Source of the DNA: Deltaproteobacteria bacterium
GTDB lineage: Bacteria; Desulfobacterota; Desulfovibrionia; Desulfovibrionales; Desulfovibrionaceae
DNA: 40,279 nucleotides
NCBI GenBank assembly: GCA_031280335.1
Contig: JAITGZ010000041.1
Span: forward strand, 1-40,279
Direction: 5' to 3'
The notes beneath the pieces were generated by a model. That model ran no database searches. It was given only the letters and a program-made list of their open reading frames with translations, and was not told the DNA's origin. This document shows positions 33,329 to 40,279 of this stretch, piece by piece. Numbering within the stretch: the first letter of the stretch is position 1; each line of letters begins with the position of its first letter. Made by a program: the position numbers and the translations under genes.

Positions 33329-33844
33329 TTATTCGCGCCTCTCAAGCATGCCCGCCTGGTAGCGCGGTAAAATTTCCGCCGGCGGGCCGTAATCCAGTAC
33401 CCGGCCTTTTTCCAGCCAGACCAGAGTGTCGCAGTGTTCCACCGTGGTCAGACGGTGGGCGATGATGATGCTGGTCGTTGTTTGCGGCAGATTTCTGATG
33501 GTTTCCGCGATGATGTTTTCGCAGGCCTGATCCAGGGCGGAAGTCGCCTCGTCAAAAATAATGATGTCGGGCCGGGTGAACAGCGCCCGGGCAATGACCA
33601 CCCGCTGCGCCTGTCCGCCGGAAAGACCGCCTCCGCCGCTGCCCAGGGCGCGGTCCAGGTCAAAATCCAGCGCCGCCTGCCGGCAGGCCTGTTCCGCGTC
33701 CCGCCGGTCGTAGCTTTCACCCCAACGGCTGAAGGCCACGTTATCCGCCACAGTGCCCGGCAGGAGCAGAGGATTTTGAGGGACAAAGCCGACCAGCCGC
33801 GTATAGGCGGCCCGGGCGGCGGGAGAGAGTTCGCGCCCGTCCAC
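33329..33844 (-). pseudogene. 5'-truncated ABC transporter ATP-binding domain (exporter type)
   Basis: It has the Q-loop VPQNP, signature LSGGQAQR, Walker B IIIFDEATSALD and H-loop IIIAHRL, but no Walker A and no membrane domain. The ORF opens at a GTG directly next to the 33845 palindrome. Confidence 0.7.
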
Positions 33845-33871
33845 CGAGCAATCTCACTTTGAGATTGCTCG
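33845..33871. repeat. 11-bp-stem palindrome (GCAAT-CTC module) at the truncation point of the ABC gene
   Basis: cgagcaatctc-acttt-gagattgctcg is the same module type as 10905-10931 and the first hairpin of the 9364/37511 repeats. Confidence 0.6.
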
Positions 33872-33977
33872 GCGGAGGATAAGGCGCAGCCCTGCCTCCC
33901 TGCGGGAGACAGGGCGGGTTCCGTAAACGGCAAAACCGCGCCGGCCCTTGCGGGGAGCGCGTCAGACGGCGTTGTTA

Positions 33978-34017
<40 letters not shown>

Positions 34018-34176
34018 CAAAAAGCCGGCCAAAACTACTGGTTTGGCCCGCGCTTCTCAAAATTTTTGCTGCCAGCTTAATCACACGCTCACCTCAACCT
34101 GAATACATAAACCAAAATTTAGATATTTGGCAAGAAAAAAATAGGGACGCCTTTGTTTTCTAGGGATAGGCGCGGT

Positions 34177-35028
34177 TCATCCCTCAAGCAGAATTTTTTC
34201 CACTGCGCGTATATGCGCGTCAGGCGTGGAGGCACCTGCGGTCAAGCCCACCGGCTGTAAGTCTTTTAATCGCCGCAGGGGCAGATCTGTTGAGCTTTCG
34301 CAATGTACGGTAAAAATGCCCAACTGGCGTGAAATGTCCGCCAATCTGCGCGTATTGCCGCTGTTAAGGCCGCCGACAATAACCATGCTGCGCGTTTTGC
34401 GGGTCAGCTCCAGCACATCGTTCTGGCGGTCCATGGTGGCATCGCATATGGTGTTCAGTACGGACGGCGGGCGGTGCAAAAAATGTTTCAGATAATCCAG
34501 CACATCCGCAAAGGCGTTTTTGTCCTGGGTGGTTTGGGCGGCCGCAAAACAGGGCTGGTCCGGGCGCAGGGGCAGGGCGCGGAGATCATCAAGGTTGCTG
34601 AAGACCAGGGCGTCATCCCCGGCATAGCTTAAAAGCCCGCGCACCTCCGGGTGGTCTTTTTCTCCAAAAAGCAGCAGCTTGCCCAGGCCTGCGGCCTGGG
34701 CTTTTTTTATCCCCATCTGGGCGGCCTTTACCTTGGGACAGGTGGCGTCAACCACATTCAGCCCGTGCCGCCGCAAATCTTCTTCCAAGGCGCGGGGCAG
34801 CCCGTGCGCCCGGATGACCACAGTGGAACCGGCCGCAGCCAGACGGTGATCTTCCAGGCACTGGGCACCTTTGGCTTCATATTCCCGCACTACGCGGGGG
34901 TTATGGATAATCGGCCCCAGGGTGTATAAATTTTTACCCTTTGTGCGTTCCAAGGCCTTGTCCAGCTTGTTTACGGCCAGACTGACGCCCATGCAGAATC
35001 CTGCTGTGGGGGCTTTAATGACCAGCAT
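34177..35028 (-). CDS. ispH: 4-hydroxy-3-methylbut-2-enyl diphosphate reductase
   Basis: 283 aa. GFCMGV, IIHNPRVV and ATCPKV (three conserved Cys contexts) and VVGGLNSGNTRRL are typical of IspH/LytB. Confidence 0.9.
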   Translation of the reverse strand: MLVIKAPTAGFCMGVSLAVNKLDKALERTKGKNLYTLGPIIHNPRVVREYEAKGAQCLEDHRLAAAGSTVVIRAHGLPRALEEDLRRHGLNVVDATCPKVKAAQMGIKKAQAAGLGKLLLFGEKDHPEVRGLLSYAGDDALVFSNLDDLRALPLRPDQPCFAAAQTTQDKNAFADVLDYLKHFLHRPPSVLNTICDATMDRQNDVLELTRKTRSMVIVGGLNSGNTRRLADISRQLGIFTVHCESSTDLPLRRLKDLQPVGLTAGASTPDAHIRAVEKILLEG

Positions 35029-35035
35029 GTTTTGT

Positions 35036-36064
35036 TTATTCCTTGAAGTATTCTTCCATCAGGTTGTAAAAAACATCCCAGTCGGCGCAAAGACTCAGGC
35101 AGCGGCGAAATTCCTTGCTGCCGGGCATATCCCTGGTGTAGAGCAGAACAGCCCCGCGCAGGCGCGGCAAAAGAAAGAGAGGATTTTTCCTCTCCTCGGA
35201 TCCGGTGGCGGCCAAGTCTTGCATCAGGGAGGCGTGGCGCAGAATCAGGGTTTTCAGTGCGCGCGTTTTTTCCGCCGGGGCCGGGGAGGCGGCCGGTGGC
35301 ATACCTTGGCGCGCTTTAAGATAATCCCTGAATATGGCCGGGTTCCGCAATGCGCCACGGGCGAACATCAAGCCGTCAGCTCCGCTTTGGCGCAGGCAGA
35401 GCAGGGCGTCTTCCGGCGTGAACAGGTCGCCTCCGGCAATGACCGGGATACGCAGGCGGTCTTTCAGCGCGGCTATGGCCGTCCAGTCCGCCCGCCCGCT
35501 GAAGCTTTGCGCGGCATGGCGCGGGTGCAGGGTGATCCAGGCGGCACCGGCTTTTTCCAGCTCTCGGCCCAGTTCAAGATAATTTTCTTCCGTCCTGTTC
35601 CAACCCAGGCGCAGCTTGCAGCCCACAGGTAAGGGAAAGGCCGCTTCAAGCATGGCCGCAGCCGCCCGGACGGCCTGCTCCGGCTTTCTGGCCAGGGCCG
35701 CCCCTGCTCCGGCCTTGAGTACTTTGGGGGCGGGGCAGCCCAGGTTGAGATCGAAAAAACGGTACCCCCAAGAGCGGAGCAGTTTTATTGCTTCCGCCAG
35801 AAAGAACGGTTCATCGCCGAAAAGCTGCGCCACCAGGGGAGCATCCTGAGGCATGGTGCGCAAAAGCCTTTTGGTGGCGGAGGTCTTTGCTCCTCCTCTT
35901 TCGCCATACACCAGCCCCTTGGCGCTGATCATTTCGGTGCAGGCCACAACCGCCCCCTGTTCGCGGCAGAGCAGGCGAAAGGGCAGGTCCGTATGCCCGG
36001 CCAGAGGGGCCAGCCAGGGAAGATCCGGCCCTATGGGCGGCAGGGCGGCGGGGGGGTTATTCAA
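35036..36064 (-). CDS. dus: tRNA-dihydrouridine synthase
   Basis: 342 aa. LAPLAGHTDLPFRLLCREQGA, FDLNLGCPAPKV and ITLHPR are present (Dus family FMN TIM barrel). It overlaps the acpS end by 8 nt. Confidence 0.85.
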   Translation of the reverse strand: MNNPPAALPPIGPDLPWLAPLAGHTDLPFRLLCREQGAVVACTEMISAKGLVYGERGGAKTSATKRLLRTMPQDAPLVAQLFGDEPFFLAEAIKLLRSWGYRFFDLNLGCPAPKVLKAGAGAALARKPEQAVRAAAAMLEAAFPLPVGCKLRLGWNRTEENYLELGRELEKAGAAWITLHPRHAAQSFSGRADWTAIAALKDRLRIPVIAGGDLFTPEDALLCLRQSGADGLMFARGALRNPAIFRDYLKARQGMPPAASPAPAEKTRALKTLILRHASLMQDLAATGSEERKNPLFLLPRLRGAVLLYTRDMPGSKEFRRCLSLCADWDVFYNLMEEYFKE

Positions 36065-36425
36065 AAATCACCACTGCAACGGCGTTATCTCGGCTGTGGG
36101 TCAGGCTGAGCAGGCAGCGCTTTGCTCCCACCTCCGCAAAACGCCTCAGAGCCGCGCCGTATAAAAGCAGTTCAGGCAGTCCCGTGGCTGTCTTGCGCAC
36201 ACAAAAGCTTTGAAAGTTGATTTCTCCGGTAAAACCTGTGCCCAGCGCTTTGACCGCCGCCTCCTTGGCGGCGAAGCGCGAGGCCAGAAAGGCCGCCGGG
36301 GCCTTAGGCAGGGCCTCCAGTTCCAAGGGGTGCAGAATGCGGCGGGCGAAGCGCGGCCCGAAGCGCTCATGCAGCCTTTGCATACGGGATATTTCCGCCA
36401 GGTCCAGGCCGAGTCCCAGGATCAT
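36057..36425 (-). CDS. acpS: holo-[acyl-carrier-protein] synthase
   Basis: 122 aa. MILGLGLDLAEISR... and FAAKEAAVKALGTGF are classical AcpS motifs. Confidence 0.9.
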   Translation of the reverse strand: MILGLGLDLAEISRMQRLHERFGPRFARRILHPLELEALPKAPAAFLASRFAAKEAAVKALGTGFTGEINFQSFCVRKTATGLPELLLYGAALRRFAEVGAKRCLLSLTHSRDNAVAVVIFE

Positions 36426-36440
36426 ATGTTTTTGTGTCCT

Positions 36441-36520
36441 TTTGGATTTGGAGCTATAGCTCCAAAGCCCATCCGGGGGAATGATTTACCCGGACCCCTT
36501 CACCGGTGATGGGCTTTTTC
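36441..36520. repeat. family-2 hairpin repeat between nadE and acpS
   Basis: tttggagctatagctccaaa hairpin followed by ccgggggaatgatttacccgg. It is related to 27017-27070. Confidence 0.65.
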
Positions 36521-36544
36521 AAGTTTGTCCGCTGAAGATGGCAA

Positions 36545-37405
36545 TCAGTTCCCGGTTAGGAAGCCCGCCGGGATTTTGCCGCGCAGGGGCAGGGCGGGCG
36601 GGCTTTGCCGGCGCTTGAATTCAGCGGCGCGAATCATGTTCAGCACCTGACGCACGGTTTCCCGGTCATGTCCGGCCCGGACAAGCGCGGCTTCGTCCAG
36701 GCCCTGTTCCTGGTGGTCGTAAAGAAGGGCGTCCAGTACCGGATAGGGGGGCAGGGCGTCTTCGTCCTTTTGCCCTGGATAAAGCTCTGCCGAAGGGGGC
36801 CGGGTAAGAATTACTGCTGGTATATAGTCCCGGCCTTTGCGCGCATTCAGGCGGCGGCAGACGGCATAGACCTCGCGCTTGTACAGGTCGCCGATCACGG
36901 CCAGGGCACCGCAGCTGTCGCCGTAAAGGGTACAGTAGCCCACGGAACCTTCGGATCTGTTGCCCGTGTTCAGCACCAGACAGCCGAATTTGTTGGAAAC
37001 GGCCATGAGCAGCGTGCCGCGTATGCGCGCCTGCAGGTTGTCTTCGGCCACATTGGGGGGCAGATCGGCAAAGATTGGGGCCAGAACCGCGCCAAAGGAC
37101 TCCATGATGGGAGTGATGGGCAGGGTAATGGTGCGCAGTCCCAATTCTTTGGCCAGTCCGGCGGCGGCGTCCAGGCTTTCCCTGCTGGTGTGCGGCGAGG
37201 GCATGAGCGCTCCGCGCACATGTTCCGGTCCCAGTGCCTCCGCCGCCGCCGCCGCCACTAAAGCGGAATCCACCCCTCCGGAAATGCCGATTACGGCCGT
37301 GCCGTTGCCATGCGTGCGGACAAATTCACGCACGCCCTCAGTCATGGCCTGCCATATGGCGTCTTCCACCTCGTAGTCAGTTGGTTTTTGTCTGTCGTGT
37401 TTCAT
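36545..37405 (-). CDS. nadE: NH3-dependent NAD+ synthetase
   Basis: 286 aa with the PP-loop GISGGVDSALVA and a NadE-type C-terminal region. Confidence 0.85.
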   Translation of the reverse strand: MKHDRQKPTDYEVEDAIWQAMTEGVREFVRTHGNGTAVIGISGGVDSALVAAAAAEALGPEHVRGALMPSPHTSRESLDAAAGLAKELGLRTITLPITPIMESFGAVLAPIFADLPPNVAEDNLQARIRGTLLMAVSNKFGCLVLNTGNRSEGSVGYCTLYGDSCGALAVIGDLYKREVYAVCRRLNARKGRDYIPAVILTRPPSAELYPGQKDEDALPPYPVLDALLYDHQEQGLDEAALVRAGHDRETVRQVLNMIRAAEFKRRQSPPALPLRGKIPAGFLTGN

Positions 37406-37510
37406 GGGCTGTGTCCGTGGCTGGAAGGTTCAGGCTGAGGCCGAAAGTATAGAATTATTTTCACATGGAAGCAAGTTATGCCTTTCAGGAGCCATCCTGT
37501 TGATGAACTT

Positions 37511-37630
37511 AAGGCAATTTCATTTTGAAATTGCCTCAAAAATATTGAGGGGGTTTGGGGGAAATCATTTCCCCCAAATGGGGTTTGGGGCGATAGCCCC
37601 AACAAAAGATATGGATCTCAAAGTTGAATA
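37511..37630. repeat. modular hairpin repeat (family 2), copy B
   Basis: Nearly identical to 9364-9486. Modules: ggcaatttc-atttt-gaaattgcc, gggggaaatcatttccccc, ttggggc-gata-gccccaa. Confidence 0.8.
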
Positions 37631-37781
37631 CTATGGGGGCGTCCCAAACCGCGTTTTGGGCGTATTAATCGGCGGAACCAGGTTATATTTCAACATTTTC
37701 AAAGTATGCACCGCCCTAAAAATAAGTTTTCCCGGCAGAGAATTTTTGTTATAAACGACAAAATCGCTCAAGGAGTTGAAT

Positions 37782-39065
37782 GTGCGCGTACTGATTATCG
37801 GATCCGGCGGGCGGGAACATGCTTTGGCCTGGAAACTGGAGCAAAGTCCACAGGTAAAGAAACTGCATCTGGCCCCGGGCAATGGAGGTGAGGGCGCATG
37901 GTCCAATGTCCCCATTGAAGCGGACGACATTGAAGGCTTAGTACGCTACGCTGTGGATAAGGGCATTGATCTTGTGGTTCCCGGAGGCGAAACGCCGTTG
38001 GTCATGGGCATTGCGGATGCCTGCCGGGAGAGCGGGCTGCTTTGCTTCGGGCCGGACAGTTACGCGGCTCGGCTTGAGGGTTCCAAGCTTTTTGCCAAAG
38101 AGGTTATGGCCGAGGCCGGCATACTCACCGGCGCCTGTCTGCCGGTGCAGAATTTTGACTCCGCTCTGGCCGCGCTGGAAAATTTTCCCAAGGCTGTGGT
38201 CATCAAAGCCGATGGTCTGGCGGCAGGCAAAGGTGTGGTTATAGTCCAAAATCAGGAGGAGGCCAAAGAAGTCCTGGATGGCATGTTCAACCGCAAGACC
38301 GTGGGTGAAGCAGCCCATACCGTTCTACTGGAAGAATTTTTGGAAGGGGAGGAGGTCTCTCTGTTGGCTTTCTGTGATGGGGACAAGGCCGTGCCTTTGC
38401 CCTCAGCCCAGGATCACAAGCGCGCCTTTGACCATGACGCCGGCCCCAATACCGGGGGCATGGGCGCATACAGCCCCGCCCCCATGCTGCCGGACGGCGC
38501 GGCGCGTAAGATGTGCGGCCAGGTGATTTCGCCGGTGCTGCGTGTACTCAAATCCAGGGGGCATCCCTTCAAGGGGGTGCTTTACGCCGGACTGATCCTG
38601 ACCGAACGCGGCCCCATGGTGCTGGAATATAATGTGCGCTTCGGCGACCCTGAGTGCCAGCCCCTGCTCATGCGTTTGCAGGGGGATCTGCTGGAAATAA
38701 TGCTGGCCTGCGTGGAAGGACGTCTGGAACAGGTTAAAATGGATTTCAGCCCGCAGCATGCCGTGTGCGTGGTACTTGCCGCCCAGGGCTACCCCGGTTC
38801 TTATCCCAAAAAATTGCCCATTTCCGGATTGGCCGAGGCCGAGGCCACGGAGCCTGAGCGCATCAAGGTCTTTCACGCCGGGACCGTGCGCGAGAGGGGG
38901 CGGCTGCTTTCCAACGGCGGCAGGGTGCTTGGGGTAAGCTGCTTGGGTGAAGACTTACTCCAGGCGCGCACGCTGGCCTATGCTGCTATGGATAAAATCC
39001 ACATGCCCCAGTCTTTTTTTCGGCGCGACATCGCTGATAAAGGCTTGCAATTCAAAGGGCGTTGA
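37782..39065 (+). CDS. purD: phosphoribosylamine--glycine ligase
   Basis: The GTG at 37782 lies 6 nt after AAGGAG and starts VRVLIIGSGGREHALAWKL. ATP-grasp core with GPNTGGMGAY. The track TTG start at 37776 abuts the RBS. Confidence 0.9.
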   Translation: MRVLIIGSGGREHALAWKLEQSPQVKKLHLAPGNGGEGAWSNVPIEADDIEGLVRYAVDKGIDLVVPGGETPLVMGIADACRESGLLCFGPDSYAARLEGSKLFAKEVMAEAGILTGACLPVQNFDSALAALENFPKAVVIKADGLAAGKGVVIVQNQEEAKEVLDGMFNRKTVGEAAHTVLLEEFLEGEEVSLLAFCDGDKAVPLPSAQDHKRAFDHDAGPNTGGMGAYSPAPMLPDGAARKMCGQVISPVLRVLKSRGHPFKGVLYAGLILTERGPMVLEYNVRFGDPECQPLLMRLQGDLLEIMLACVEGRLEQVKMDFSPQHAVCVVLAAQGYPGSYPKKLPISGLAEAEATEPERIKVFHAGTVRERGRLLSNGGRVLGVSCLGEDLLQARTLAYAAMDKIHMPQSFFRRDIADKGLQFKGR

Positions 39066-39094
39066 GCCCCCGTCAGATCAACGGAAGGACTCCC

Positions 39095-39943
39095 ATGCCC
39101 GCATATGGTGAACTTGTCATTTTGCTTTCGCCCAAAGGACGAAAATACCTGCGCCGTTTGGAACCGGGAGTGGATATCCATGGCGAGGGGGGCGTGCTGG
39201 CGGCGGCGGATATTGCGGCCGCTGACTTTGGCGGTGAGGTGCTTACCCACCTGGGTGCGCCCTTTCGTCTTTTGCGTCCCGGCCTGTATGACCTGGTGCG
39301 CGGAGTGCGCCGTCAGACCCAGGTACTCTACCCCAAAGACATCGGTTATATTTGCCTGCGCCTGGGCGTGGGCCGGGGCAGCCGGATCATTGAGGCCGGT
39401 TCCGGTTCCGGCGCTTTGACCCTGGCCCTTTCCTGGTTCAGCGGCGAAAACGGCAGGGTTTACAGCTATGAGAGCAGGGAGGAGTTTTACAAACTTTGCC
39501 GGCGCAACTTGGATTGGGCCGGGTTGGGGGCGAATGTAACCCAACACTGCCGGGATATTGCCGAGGGTTTTCTGGAGACCGGGGCAGACGCGCTTTTTCT
39601 GGATGTGCGCACCCCCTGGGCCTATCTGGATCAGGCGGCGGCGGCGTTACGGCCCGGGGGCTGCACGGCCTTTCTTCTGCCCACCACAGGGCAGGTGGAG
39701 GAACTGCTTTTGGGGTTGGAGCGGGGCGACTTTGCCGAAGTGGAGGTGGAGGAGCTTTTACTCCGCCGCTGGAAGCCCCTGCCGGATCGCCTGCGTCCGG
39801 ATGACCGCATGGTCGCCCATACCGGGTTTTTGGTCTTTGCCCGTAAGCAGCGTAAAAGCGAGGCATTTGAGCAGGCCGCGCCCAAGGGTACCCGTGAGCG
39901 CAAACAGGATGCGGCGCGCTTGGGCAGATTGGCGGATGAATAA
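39095..39943 (+). CDS. trmI: tRNA (adenine-N1)-methyltransferase (TrmI/GCD14 family)
   Basis: The ATG at 39095 follows GGAAGGA. YPKDIGYICLRLGVGRGSRIIEAGSGSGALTLAL is the GCD14/TrmI SAM-binding block. Confidence 0.8.
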   Translation: MPAYGELVILLSPKGRKYLRRLEPGVDIHGEGGVLAAADIAAADFGGEVLTHLGAPFRLLRPGLYDLVRGVRRQTQVLYPKDIGYICLRLGVGRGSRIIEAGSGSGALTLALSWFSGENGRVYSYESREEFYKLCRRNLDWAGLGANVTQHCRDIAEGFLETGADALFLDVRTPWAYLDQAAAALRPGGCTAFLLPTTGQVEELLLGLERGDFAEVEVEELLLRRWKPLPDRLRPDDRMVAHTGFLVFARKQRKSEAFEQAAPKGTRERKQDAARLGRLADE

Positions 39944-40021
39944 TTGAAAAAATTTATCCTTAAAATTCATATATAAAGCCTGTCTATTGGTTTAATAAGG
40001 CCAAAAATGTTCTGAAAAAAG

Positions 40022-40267
40022 TTGACTGTCTTCCCGGCCTGGGGCATAAGGCATCCCCTGTGCTTTATGCCGTTTGGAGCAGTGAATATGCTCTAAATAT
40101 GACCGGCGCAATTGATTTGAAAAAGTAAAGCATTGATGGTTCTTTGACAAAGGAATAGCGAGTCGGGTTTGAAAGAAATCAGCCGGCAGTCTCATGCGGG
40201 CGGAGGCATGGCCTTTGCTTGTGTGGGACGCAGAGCGGCCAGAGATGGTGCTCGAAGGTTTATCATT
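40022..40267 (+). promoter_or_regulatory. rRNA operon promoter/leader region with boxA-like antitermination element
   Basis: An A-rich tract (aaaaatgttctgaaaaaag) precedes TTGACT (40022-40027), with a weak -10 (cataag) 17 nt later. ggttctttgacaaag (40138-40152) resembles boxA (TGCTCTTTAACAA / GTTCTTTGAAAA types). The region runs directly into a 16S 5' end. Confidence 0.5.
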
Positions 40268-40279
40268 TTAACTGGAGAG
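40268..40279 (+). rRNA. rrs: probable first bases of a 16S rRNA gene (truncated by the window edge)
   Basis: The window ends ...ttttaactggagag. The final agag is the start of the universal AGAGTTTGATCMTGGCTCAG site, and aactggagag matches the usual ~8-nt lead-in of mature 16S. Only about 12 nt are visible. Confidence 0.45.

Overview
High-GC (about 60% by eye) chromosomal segment. Gene content suggests a Desulfovibrio-like anaerobe, but that is inference only. Housekeeping genes sit on both flanks. Left flank: hemA / HemX-like / sirC on the minus strand, then an HD protein, ddl, waaA, hldD and asnS on the plus strand. Right flank: ispH, dus, acpS and nadE on the minus strand, purD and trmI on the plus strand, then an rRNA-operon leader with the first bases of a 16S gene at the window edge. 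The centre (11.6-31.8 kb) is the most interesting part. An AcoR-type sigma-54 activator is divergently transcribed from a ~16.5-kb, 14-gene minus-strand cluster. In transcription order the cluster encodes AcoA/AcoB/AcoC-type E1alpha, E1beta and E2, an M24 pita-bread hydrolase, a TRAP transporter (DctP/Q/M), a signal-less PsrA-like Mo/W-bisPGD subunit, a Zn-ADH, an atypical M20 hydrolase, a 4Fe-4S subunit, a 4-oxalocrotonate-tautomerase-family protein, an NrfD-like membrane subunit and a CyuA/UPF0597 cysteine-desulfidase homologue. A 4-hydroxybutyrate-dehydrogenase-like Fe-ADH downstream of the activator has its own -24/-12 promoter. I cannot match this gene combination to a described pathway and flag it as the best candidate for an undescribed catabolic/respiratory system. 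Accessory DNA falls in two places. (i) An AT-rich two-gene cassette at 0.1-1.5 kb encodes an orphan protein and a DEDDh exonuclease. (ii) A decayed mobile-element remnant at 31.9-34.2 kb holds a DotA/TraY-like fragment, an intact dinJ-yafQ module, a 5'-truncated ABC ATPase and a (TG)18.5 microsatellite. Both carry a copy of the same GC-rich structured element ending in an identical 28-nt core just before a start codon. Two dispersed repeat families are present. One is a ~144-bp MITE with TA flanks (3 copies, one with a nested insertion). The other is a modular hairpin-repeat family (at least 6 sites), some copies lying inside operons. No CRISPR array or tRNA gene was seen.
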